This document shows, in pieces, positions 9,826-21,500 of a DNA stretch of 64,000 nt. This DNA is from a virus. Taxonomy: Duplodnaviria; Caudoviricetes. Location: the IMG/VR virus record IMGVR_UViG_3300033121_001921, positions 16,537 through 80,536 of that record. The stretch is one strand, 5' to 3'. Both the position numbers and the translations under genes were made by a program. Within the stretch, counting starts at the first letter, position 1. Each line of letters starts with the position of its first letter. The notes under the pieces were generated by a model. That model ran no database searches, was not told the DNA's origin, and saw nothing but the letters and a program-made list of their open reading frames with translations.

Positions 9826-11653
9826 ATACCAATTTATTTTTTCTTAAATTAGATTCATCTCCGAACCAAATATTGATATCATTTTGATATCCATCATTTG
9901 GATCAAATTTGATAAGTTTGGTATTTTGAATTAAATCCTTGAACTCTGCTGATTCTAGAGATCCCAAACCCTTTTTATAATCTATTTCATAATTGTATAT
10001 ATTGTTTTTTTCTATCCATTTGTTGTATTCGTCGTACGTGTAAAAATAAATCTTTTCTCCCTTTCCATTCTTTTTACTAACTACCAATAGAGGTGTAAGT
10101 GCTCTATAGATCATATTCAATTTGAATAGATTATCCCACATGCTAAAGAAATTCAATAGTAGACCACAGATACTATCACCATCAGTATCCATATCAGAAC
10201 ATATTATTATCTTTCCATATCTGAATCCACTGATATCTGATGGATCAAAAAGATTCAACCCAATTGATTGTATCAAATTTTTTGCTTCTTCTTTCTCCAA
10301 TATCTTTTTTTTACTCATTCCATTTGTATTGACAAATTTGCCTTTAAGGGAATAAGCAGCTTGAGTATTAGGATCCCTGTATTTTCTAAAATCTCCAATA
10401 GCTGACAATCCCTCCATTATGAACAATTCACATTTGGTTCTAATTGGAGATTGACAATCTATTAATTTTTCAACCTTGGTTCTCTTTTTTAAATCTCTCT
10501 GAAGCTTATTTTCTTCTGCTAATTTTTTTTGATCGATCCAATCTAATATAGATTGAACTATTTCGGATTTTAGTATTGATTTTATTGTTTTATCAGTTAC
10601 TTGATAAGTAGATCCGAAGTCTTTCACTTCTGTGATGAGTTTCTCTTTTGTTTGAGAAGAAAATGATGGATTAACAATCGTGGAGTTAATAAAAATGAAT
10701 ATATGATTCTTTATTTCTGACGGCTTAACATCGACTTTGTGCTTTTTTTGAAAGAAATCCCTGACCTCTGATATTATCTGACTTAGAATGTAATCAACAT
10801 GATTCCCACCGTCATACGTTTCTGTTGAATTAACAAATGATATTTGTTGAAATCCTGAATTAGATGGTGAGATTGAAATCGACCAAGATTTCTCTTTATT
10901 GTTTTCAAAAAAGTAATCATTGGTATATAATTTAACATAGTCCTCAAAGGATTTGATATTTATCAAAGAATCGTTCAGGTATATTTTAAGATTTGGATTA
11001 CATCCAGCAATATCATACACCCTTTTCTCTATCATTTTATAATTATCATCATTTATACCATCTAGTCCAAATCTTTCAAAATCAGGAATAAATGAAATTT
11101 CTGTATGGTTCTTTGTGCTTTTTATGATTTTAGGAACACTCCTTTCGGTCATGTTATTTTTGAACGTTTGAAAGAATTGCTTCTTACCATCACAGGTCGA
11201 TATTGTAAATTCCTTTGAAAATATATTCACACAGGATGATCCCACGCCATTTGTACCAGACCAAGTTCTTGATTCATCATCAGAGAAATTAGACCCAGAC
11301 TTCATATTTGAAAAAACCATCTCTGGGACCCATTCGTTATGTTCTTTATGTTTCTCAACTGATATTCCACCATTGTCCCAAACAGATATTTTATTATCCC
11401 TTATCAAAACTTTTATTGTATTGATCTTAGTTCCAATTCTTTTGGATTCATCTATTGAATTTGTTATTATCTCATCAAATAGTTTAATAAATGCAGGTAT
11501 ATAAACTATTTCTTTCCTGATCATTGACCCATCACTGATAACATACTTCGATGATATGTTAGGATTTATGGATCCTAAATACATCGATGGTCTTAATAAA
11601 ACATGTTCCTGATCCGTTAATTTTTTATACTTCTCCTCTATCTTCTTCGCCAT
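9797..11653 (-). CDS. DNA topoisomerase II, GyrB/ParE-like ATPase+Toprim subunit (T4 gp39+60-like)
   Basis: EIITNSID, GTNGVGS, EGLSA, DMDTDG, YKKGLGS. Confidence 0.95.
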   Translation of the reverse strand: MAKKIEEKYKKLTDQEHVLLRPSMYLGSINPNISSKYVISDGSMIRKEIVYIPAFIKLFDEIITNSIDESKRIGTKINTIKVLIRDNKISVWDNGGISVEKHKEHNEWVPEMVFSNMKSGSNFSDDESRTWSGTNGVGSSCVNIFSKEFTISTCDGKKQFFQTFKNNMTERSVPKIIKSTKNHTEISFIPDFERFGLDGINDDNYKMIEKRVYDIAGCNPNLKIYLNDSLINIKSFEDYVKLYTNDYFFENNKEKSWSISISPSNSGFQQISFVNSTETYDGGNHVDYILSQIISEVRDFFQKKHKVDVKPSEIKNHIFIFINSTIVNPSFSSQTKEKLITEVKDFGSTYQVTDKTIKSILKSEIVQSILDWIDQKKLAEENKLQRDLKKRTKVEKLIDCQSPIRTKCELFIMEGLSAIGDFRKYRDPNTQAAYSLKGKFVNTNGMSKKKILEKEEAKNLIQSIGLNLFDPSDISGFRYGKIIICSDMDTDGDSICGLLLNFFSMWDNLFKLNMIYRALTPLLVVSKKNGKGEKIYFYTYDEYNKWIEKNNIYNYEIDYKKGLGSLESAEFKDLIQNTKLIKFDPNDGYQNDINIWFGDESNLRKNKLVYVEDKNDKS

Positions 11654-11757
11654 AATACTACTCTATATATCCAAATATTCCCTTTGTTGATCTCACCCTA
11701 AATAGAATTTTGAATTATACTATTTTATGAAATGGAGGGATGTTTTATCAGGAGTTG

Positions 11758-11979
11758 TTACACACCGGGGTGGATGTGAGAGTCCATCTTTACTATAACA
11801 TCACTTCTACTATTTATTGTATTTGACAGACTTTTAATATCTAATCGGAATCTATGAGGCACTGTTGATATCTTATAATAATTAAGCCATTCCAAATTAT
11901 GCCCCTCTGGAAATACTGGCCTTAGATAAAATATTCCAAATTTAGATTGAAAAGATTCAAAAGTTCTAAGGAATTCCAT
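11758..11979 (-). CDS. small hypothetical protein with CTS-like N-terminus
   Basis: MEFLRTFESF, preceded by TATATATA. Confidence 0.55.
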   Translation of the reverse strand: MEFLRTFESFQSKFGIFYLRPVFPEGHNLEWLNYYKISTVPHRFRLDIKSLSNTINSRSDVIVKMDSHIHPGV

Positions 11980-12043
11980 TTGGTATATATAAAAATAGGG
12001 TGGAAGATTTCCACCCTATTTTCTTCTGTATAGTTTTTTTGTA

Positions 12044-13657
<1,614 letters not shown>

Positions 13658-13668
13658 GTTTTTTTTAA

Positions 13669-13941
13669 TTAAATTATTGCGAATATATCAGACTCACGTA
13701 GAATTATAAGATCCTCACCCTCAACACTTATTTCACTACCGGAATATTTACCATATAAGACGTTATCTCCTGTTTTTACTGTCATTGGTTCATCTTTTTT
13801 CCCATTCCCAACTGCGAGAACACTCCCCTTTAGAGGTTTCTCCTTGGCTGTATCAGGAATAATCAATCCGCCTTTTGTAACGGATTCTTGTTCATGTGGC
13901 TTTATCACCACTCTATCATGTAAAGGTTTAATATTGCTCAT
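13669..13941 (-). CDS. groS: co-chaperonin GroES (Bacteroidota-type)
   Basis: [20 protein letters not shown], short [12 protein letters not shown] segment. Confidence 0.97.
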   Translation of the reverse strand: MSNIKPLHDRVVIKPHEQESVTKGGLIIPDTAKEKPLKGSVLAVGNGKKDEPMTVKTGDNVLYGKYSGSEISVEGEDLIILRESDIFAII

Positions 13942-13981
13942 TTTTCTTATTTTGTATTGTTATTAAAATTATTGAGAAAGT

Positions 13982-14324
13982 TTAAATTCCAATTTCATCT
14001 AGAATATTGGATCTGTGTTTTGATTTTAGAAACATATTCATTTGATATAGAATCATTCCATCACTTTTGTAGAGTAGTGGGCCAGAAAATAGACCCACAT
14101 CTCTAAAAACCCAAGCTACCCTTAAAGTGGATTTTTGCCTCGTTTGTATAATATGTTATTGAATTTTGTATAATTCTCCTCAACATCAATCTTATTTGAT
14201 CCTTAAACAGTCCAACGTCTATTCTATAGAGTTCATCTATTACTTCATCAATAGAAGATTTTATGAATACATCTATATCACTATTTCCAGACGGACTGGC
14301 AATGAGTATGTAGAATTTATCCAT
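13982..14324 (-). CDS. hypothetical protein with an apparent homopolymer frameshift at about 14105
   Basis: Track ORF 14103-14324 continues in a shifted frame to ...HRSNILDEIGI* if one T is removed from a T5 run. Confidence 0.5.
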
Positions 14325-14556
14325 TAGCAGGAGAAATTTCTACCTTCCATGTCCACCATAGAGAGAAATTAACGTAAATTAGAAACGATGCATTCATTGA
14401 ATCCCCCTCAATAGATACTTCTTCATTTTTGGTCCATATTCCAATTCCTCTATCTTTAGTTCTCCTTAGTCGAAAGGATAATCCATATGGATGCCATTTT
14501 TTATTCTTTATCCATGGAATAACTATTCCATCGCTATATTTCTTATATAAGATCAT
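14317..14556 (-). CDS. hypothetical protein
   Basis: ORF in operon. Confidence 0.55.
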   Translation of the reverse strand: MILYKKYSDGIVIPWIKNKKWHPYGLSFRLRRTKDRGIGIWTKNEEVSIEGDSMNASFLIYVNFSLWWTWKVEISPANG

Positions 14557-14589
14557 TTATATCTTTGAATTTATCCAAAAAATCTATTT

Positions 14590-14883
14590 TCAAGTTCTTA
14601 TCGCGGAATTAAACTTAGAATCATCTAAGTAGCATTCCTTTTCGATACCAAGAGATTCACACATGAGATCATATAATTCATCCTTTTTCGATTTTTGGTT
14701 TATATAGGATAGTCCAGCAATATTATCTTCTAATTTTGCTATTAATTGTAATTTGGAAAATTTGAATCCAAAATTATATTTTTCTAAGGGAAATTCACCA
14801 AGATCATTTTTAAATTTATAAAATTGAGATCTCATGAATCCAGAATCACAATCTAAGAATTTTATTAGATCATTTTCCATCAC
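14590..14883 (-). CDS. hypothetical protein
   Basis: ORF in operon. Confidence 0.6.
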   Translation of the reverse strand: MMENDLIKFLDCDSGFMRSQFYKFKNDLGEFPLEKYNFGFKFSKLQLIAKLEDNIAGLSYINQKSKKDELYDLMCESLGIEKECYLDDSKFNSAIRT

Positions 14884-15442
14884 TCATATTTTTCAAATAC
14901 TGAAGCTCTCTTGGAGATAGAGATTCCATTCCCTTCTCGCTTATTTTATCCAAAATACTATCCATATCTAATGAGCTATCCTCCATGCCAGAGTTTTCTA
15001 TTAGATTATCATAAAATTCTTTAATGGATTCCATAACTTCAATATTACCAACAAAATTCTGCTCCTGAACTATCATATATTTTATGACTTCTTTGGCCAT
15101 ACTTTCAACAAACTCGGGAACAATTCTCTCCAGAACTCGATCCATCTTATGATAATATCCAGCCTTGAAATTTAAGGAACATCTGATTCTAGGCATTTCT
15201 AATTTCACCCTATCTTCATAAACCAATTCCATCTTTCGCTTGTAATTCTCTTGCTGATGATATTTTTCTTCCTCTGTATTTGATTTTTTAACAAAGAATC
15301 CCCAATTCAAAAACCAATTCATATTTTCTTCTAGAGTATCTTTGGATAAGCTTTTAGAGCTCCTGAGTTCAGTAATAAAACTATGATACGTTTCTGGAAA
15401 CCAACTCTTCGCTTGATCTTGAGTCAATTTAAATGTGACCAT
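14870..15442 (-). CDS. hypothetical protein
   Basis: 190 aa ORF ending DSILDKISEKGMESLSPRELQYL. Confidence 0.75.
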   Translation of the reverse strand: MVTFKLTQDQAKSWFPETYHSFITELRSSKSLSKDTLEENMNWFLNWGFFVKKSNTEEEKYHQQENYKRKMELVYEDRVKLEMPRIRCSLNFKAGYYHKMDRVLERIVPEFVESMAKEVIKYMIVQEQNFVGNIEVMESIKEFYDNLIENSGMEDSSLDMDSILDKISEKGMESLSPRELQYLKNMSDGK

Positions 15443-15471
15443 ATGTTTGTTAAAAGTTCTATATATACTAT

Positions 15472-15861
15472 GTGAAGATAAAAAAGTTGAAAGATATTTT
15501 AGATTATCGAGTTAAAGTATCTGTAAATCATAATCATGGACTAAGAACCTATTCACTGATGGACATGAATGATAGGAGAATAGCTTTTTTTACCATCGAT
15601 ATAGAATATGATGAGGATGGTAAAGAAATATTGGAATCTGGACATCTTCAGTCTTTGTTTTTATCGGAAGAGTATAGGGGAATGGGAATATCTAAATTGA
15701 TATTCAGAGTGCTTCTTGGTGAAGTAGAAAAAACAGGATATGAATCTGTTTTCCTATCCGTTACTACTGACAATGAACCTGCTATTAGATTGTATAAATC
15801 TCTCAATTTTGATGTACTCAATAAGAATGATAAATACTATACTATGTCTTTAGACATCTAA
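15472..15861 (+). CDS. GNAT-family acetyltransferase
   Basis: LFLSEEYRGMGISKLI acetyl-CoA motif; NEPAIRLYKSLNF. Confidence 0.88.
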   Translation: MKIKKLKDILDYRVKVSVNHNHGLRTYSLMDMNDRRIAFFTIDIEYDEDGKEILESGHLQSLFLSEEYRGMGISKLIFRVLLGEVEKTGYESVFLSVTTDNEPAIRLYKSLNFDVLNKNDKYYTMSLDI

Positions 15862-16374
15862 ATTTGATAACATGATCTCTCTCCATAAATTAATGAATCT
15901 ATTTTTGATTATTTCTTCTTTATATCTTTTAGTAACATGATGACCACTGCATTGTATAGATTTCATATACTTTTCTTTGATTAATTTATCATATATTGGC
16001 TTGATTTTCTCAAAGCAATTCATTTCATGTGAGTACTTTACCATATTTTGCAAAAGATCAAATTTTATTCTCTCAAAATTAAAATAAAAATCTTCAATTA
16101 CGAAGCTTTGCAAATAATTGAAAATATTTGCAGTGTCAAAATCGAGTGGATTAATATGGGGGTCTGTATTTCTTGGAGAAATGAAAAAGAATTCTATTTC
16201 TCTTTTTGTGAATTCAGATATAGCTTTATAAATATATTTTGATATACGATAATCCAAATAGATAAATATTCTGTTATCAATTTTCTCATAAAATGGAATC
16301 CAAGCAATTTTCTTGGCAAGAATTCTATTCTTCGACCTCTTGGTTTCGAAAGGCCATTCAATATCAAAGACCAT
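15850..16374 (-). CDS. hypothetical protein
   Basis: 174 aa ORF. Confidence 0.65.
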   Translation of the reverse strand: MVFDIEWPFETKRSKNRILAKKIAWIPFYEKIDNRIFIYLDYRISKYIYKAISEFTKREIEFFFISPRNTDPHINPLDFDTANIFNYLQSFVIEDFYFNFERIKFDLLQNMVKYSHEMNCFEKIKPIYDKLIKEKYMKSIQCSGHHVTKRYKEEIIKNRFINLWREIMLSNLDV

Positions 16375-16702
16375 ATTCTTTTTTTATTTTCGTAAATTCT
16401 ATATTATCTAATTCTCTAGTTCCTAGAGACTCTCTGTTTATTTTTAAATCTCTATAGTAATTATTATTTTTTCTATTGGGTGAATACTTTATTTTGTATC
16501 TACTATCATTTTTATGCGTTGAGATGGATTTATATAGATAAAAGTTGTTTGATCCAATTAGATCACACCACTGAGGATCTAAAATCTTTATTCCATTGTT
16601 TCCCACGAAACCATAGCGAGAGTACGACCACTGATTAGACTTTTTTAGTCTCTTTTTGTAGACAATTTCCTGTCTCCATTTTCGCCATATTCTGTTTCTC
16701 AT
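16364..16702 (-). CDS. hypothetical basic protein
   Basis: ORF preceded by TATATTTG (16712-16719, minus). Confidence 0.65.
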   Translation of the reverse strand: MRNRIWRKWRQEIVYKKRLKKSNQWSYSRYGFVGNNGIKILDPQWCDLIGSNNFYLYKSISTHKNDSRYKIKYSPNRKNNNYYRDLKINRESLGTRELDNIEFTKIKKEYGL

Positions 16703-16725
16703 AAGACATTACAAATATATAGATT

Positions 16726-17091
16726 ATGATTAAGAAGTTTGAGGAATTTGAATGGGTCAGTCCAGAAGGGCCGCAAAGTATGATTTTAGAATCGGGACAT
16801 GGCAAAATTTATTCCAAAGAGGAAATAGAAGAATTTTTTCAAGATATTCTTGATGAATGCGATTCCTCAATTTTTGTAACTGTTAGAAATGATTATGTAT
16901 CTGTAATAATATTCATTGATCTATATCAATGGAATTCAAATAAAAATTTGTCGAAAATGATATCAAATGATTTCTGGAGATTAAGAAAATCTACGGAATT
17001 AGCATGGTATGATAATCGTGACCAAGAAGTAGATATAAAAAGAGAATATGGCATTCAGAAGTATTTCATGGTATCTAGAAACTTAAAATAA
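16726..17091 (+). CDS. hypothetical protein with CTS-like N-terminus
   Basis: MIKKFEEFE, behind AATATATA. Confidence 0.7.
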   Translation: MIKKFEEFEWVSPEGPQSMILESGHGKIYSKEEIEEFFQDILDECDSSIFVTVRNDYVSVIIFIDLYQWNSNKNLSKMISNDFWRLRKSTELAWYDNRDQEVDIKREYGIQKYFMVSRNLK

Positions 17092-17110
17092 GAATGCTGG
17101 TATAATTCAC

Positions 17111-17743
17111 ATGATATTTAAAAAGTTCGATAAGAATATCACAAAAGAGCTTATTCAAACAGGGGTTACGGATTCGGAAGAACTAAAAATCCAAATAAAG
17201 GCTGCAAAAAAGGGATATTTAGCTGAATATCGTAGAGAGAGGGGATTCATTTTTACATATGGAATTCTAAGAGCAATTTTTATGGACGCAATCGAAGCAA
17301 AGAAGTCAGCAGATATAAAAATTGGTGCCTATAAGATGTTCCATAGAATCGTTCCAATTGCCATGGCTCCATTTTTTCCAGTCTTAGCAATTGTAGGGTA
17401 CATTTTGGGTACCACAAGAGCAATTAACAAGATCTGGAAACCTTTGATATCGGATTGGAAAATAAATGACGATGGATTCCTAAAAAGAATGATAGATGCA
17501 ACAATGAAAATATCTGAAGGCGAGATTGAGATAAAAGACAGATTTACAAGAGCCTTTGTTATATCAGATAATTTGGTCTCGGCTATAAAATCAGAAATCC
17601 TGCACGAATTTTCAATTTATCTATCAAATAAGATGAGTCTATTAAATAGATCTTTGGAAGTTCCTGAACATTTTGTAGAGAATGAATTAAAATCTTATCT
17701 GAATGATAGATTTAAAGTAAATCCTCGGATCCCTCTCAAGTAG
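17111..17743 (+). CDS. hypothetical protein
   Basis: 210 aa ORF, MIFKKFD start, one hydrophobic stretch. Confidence 0.7.
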   Translation: MIFKKFDKNITKELIQTGVTDSEELKIQIKAAKKGYLAEYRRERGFIFTYGILRAIFMDAIEAKKSADIKIGAYKMFHRIVPIAMAPFFPVLAIVGYILGTTRAINKIWKPLISDWKINDDGFLKRMIDATMKISEGEIEIKDRFTRAFVISDNLVSAIKSEILHEFSIYLSNKMSLLNRSLEVPEHFVENELKSYLNDRFKVNPRIPLK

Positions 17744-18311
17744 ACCAATCTATTTCTGCTTTGCTTATTGATTTTAGGACCTTATTACATTTGGAAAAAT
17801 GTTTGTACCCAAAGAATCCATTGCTGGCAGAATATGGAGAAGGATGGGAGGCTTTTAATATGTGATGCTTCTTATGATCTATCAAATATTCTTTTGATTG
17901 CGCAAATTTTCCCCACAAAAGGAATACCAGATCCTTCTTTAAATTGGAAGTTTCATTGATAATAAAATCTGTGAATATTTCCCATCCTTTATTTTGATGT
18001 GAAGCTGGATGTGATGGTCTTACAGTAAGTATGGTATTCAATAACAAAACTCCTTGATTGGCCCAATTTTCCAAATTTCCTGTTCTACATTCTATTCCAA
18101 GATCATCCTTAATTTCTTTAAATATGTTGATCAGAGATGGTGGCGGAGAAATCTTATTAGAAACAGAGAAACATAATCCATTTGATTGGTTGAGTCCATG
18201 ATATGGGTCTTGCCCTATTATGACCACATTTGTATCTTCAAATTTGGAAAATTTAAAAGCATTGAAAACCTTGTCTTCTGGAGGATATATTAATTGCTTT
18301 TGCCTATGTCT
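17736..18311 (-). pseudogene. ung: uracil-DNA glycosylase (family 1), 5' end missing
   Basis: IYPPEDKVFNAF, GQDPYHG, VLLLNTILTV and HPSPYS present; frame closed by TAA at 18312-18314 with no upstream ATG. Confidence 0.85.
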
Positions 18312-18559
18312 TTAAATTTACAAAATATTCTAATTCAAATTGTGAAGAATCAATTGAGTCAATATCTAACGAAGTCTATAACGAATTTTGTAATATTCTA
18401 GGAAAGGAAAATGTTAGGTTGGTTTGGGGAATAGGTGAATTGGAATCTGATGCGGTCAAATCAGCAATTTCCCTTCATAGATTAGATTCTTTTCCAATAG
18501 TTATTAGTGTCGGAACTCTATTAGACGAATCAAACAATCCTGGAATTTTCTCAATTTGA
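18266..18559 (+). pseudogene. start-less 3' gene fragment divergent from ung
   Basis: Open frame ...KFTKYSNSNCEESIESISNEVYNEFCNILGKENVRLVWGIGEL...GIFSI* with no ATG. Confidence 0.5.
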
Positions 18560-18599
18560 AATTACGTCAGGGAAGTCTATATGAAATATATAGACTAAT

Positions 18600-21500
18600 A
18601 TGTGGGTTCCCAATAATGATACTTATAAATGGTCTGAGCGAGAGGATAAGAACTCTGTTCAGGATTTTGAGTCCTACAAGCAAGATCTTAAATCAGTTAG
18701 ATTCTATCAAAAATGTCTCAGCGGATCAACATATGTTGCAGTAAATAACCTAGAAAATATCTATGATATTTTGGATGAGCAAGATCCAAGAACATATTAT
18801 TATGATTCGGGATTCAGTGGATATGTAGATTCAGGATCACCGACAGGATCGTTCCAAATAGGGATAAATGGAGCGACATCAGGTACTTATTCTCAATATG
18901 AATTCCTAAACAAAGAAATTGCAGAATATGGAATGACTCTAAAAAATTTGTTTACTCCAAATAGATTAATATCAGACCAAATATCCAATTTATTTTATGT
19001 AGATGTTGCTACGGATGGACCTGTAAGTAATATTGGGCAATTTACTCAAAACCTTATAATCGATGATATAAGATTAAAAGAAGGACATAGGATTCTCGTA
19101 AAGGATCAATATAGAACAGAGATACTATCAAACTCTATTGATCCTGATACCTATTTTATAGGTTATTATGAGGTAGTGGAGGAGGGATCAACTCAATCTT
19201 CATATAGAATACCGACTTCCGAAAATGGAATTTATATTTTTAGAAATTCTAGACTTGAAAGGACAACAGATTTAGATGAATATGAGAATCTTATTAAGTA
19301 TAGTATATGCGCGAAACTTGGATCCGCGAATAGAGAGCTCCAATTCCATCTTCAAAGATTAAGCAATGGGTTTTTTCCTGAATACCAAAACTCGGAACCA
19401 ATTTACTTCAAATTAAAGAAAAATTGGGTAGTTAGAAATAGAATGGACTATAATAATCTATTCGAGCTCATGTTATACGATACAATAAAACATGCAACTC
19501 AATCAATTTTCAATTCAGAAGATGGTATAACATATTCAATACCATCAAGAACAATAGCTGTAGGTGAATTTGGATCAATATTAAACACTCAAGGTGATCT
19601 TACAACTATAGTAAATAATAAATGGAAAACAAATCTCCGAAGCATAGATGAGACGGAAACTAACTATTGGATATGTGGTGATGATGGGACACTTCTGAAG
19701 GTCGATAAGATTTCATTTGAAATAACCAAAATAAAAATTGACGTTGAGACAAGATTAAATAAGATATCCTTCTTTAATAATCTAAGAGGTGTAATTATTG
19801 GAAAATTTAATCAATTATGGGTTACAAGTAATGGAGGATATTCTTGGACCAGAATCCAATTTGATTCATTTGAGGGATTCAATTATAATTCCGTTATATA
19901 TTCTCAAATTGATAAATTTTATGTTGGTGGTGATAATGGTGTATTTATAGAATTCGAGGTCGTTGGATCTGAATGGAATGCCTACAAAAGAAGAATATCT
20001 AGATTTGAGGGACAAGATGATGAATTCTTATTGGTTGAAGATATAACTTCACTTTCATATATAGAAATTAATGATGATCCATATATATCAATAGGTGCCA
20101 GAGGAAACAACATATTCATATATGATAAAAATCACGTCTTGTCAGAATATGATTTTATATACCTTAGAGGTGATATAGAAATTAGTGATGTTACAAGTAT
20201 TATAAATTATGGTCCAACTTACAGTTTGGTATTTTCTACGTTTGATGGAGTTTACCAAACTTATCCATATTTAGCGGTTCCAACATCATTCAATATAATC
20301 GATGTAACTTTTCAAACATATCTAAATCAATTTGCAATAAATTCTATTTTTAATTATGCAGATACGGAAATAATTTTAGTTGGTAACAACTCAACATGGA
20401 AATTGAGTCAATTATCTCTATCAAGTGTTGATGTATACGATAATGATAACATATCGAATTATCTTGATAGATTGAAGCCAAAGCTTCTATTTATGAATTA
20501 TGACATTGGATCAAAGCTTTATTGGTTTGATGATTACGGACAATATAGAATTCCACAACGATTTTCGATGCTAATCACTGATCTATTATCATCTACAAGC
20601 ATTGAATTTAGATCAAAGTCTGGAGAGATAAGTTGGATAGACTATTGGAAAGACCGACAAAAGACATTTGGATATGCTAGCGGAGATATGTCCAACTCAA
20701 CAACTGTCGAGCCTAGCTTCCTATTTAGACAAGATGATACGAATTCGGGAACATGGTCATATGTTGGATCGGATGTAACAATATCCTACGATGCCAACGT
20801 AATGCCACTAACGCAATCATCGAGATTTAGACCACCATCAACCCCAACACCTGGATTTGTAGAAGATCTGTACTTTTATGATTATCTTGGGGTGTGGAAA
20901 AATCCGGGATCTCAAGTTGGAGATGTGATTTTAATAAAATCTGATATCGTAGAGGGAAAATTCATAATAAACAGAGTTGAAGGCAGCTATTCTTATTTCT
21001 TTACAGATTTCAACGAAAACATAATTACAAATTTATCCCAAACGATTGATCCTATTTATGTCAAGAATTTAAATCTTTACAACTCAACGAGTCAAGATCT
21101 ATTTATGGATGTCTTCAACAGACATTACATTTCCAATGCTTATGGAATTGATACTTTAGAATATTCTGCCACACAATCCTCATTTGAAATATTCGGTAAA
21201 TATAGTAGATATTCAGCATACTATAATCTAGAAATGGAAATAGATGACGGAACAAACACAACAGAAATAAATTATCCAAGCGGATTCTTGAATTTCGGAT
21301 ATACTCCAACATATAATCTTTTAAGCTATCTAACTTTTATAAATCCTGCTCTATCAGCATCAAAGGAATTCTTATCTCTACCAGTCTTCGAGAATATACC
21401 ATGGGGAACAACAGTTTCTAATGTTTACATAGATATTGGAATACCAAGTCATAATAAAATAAGATTTGGGACCGATCTAAAGCACATTTGGGATTCTCTT

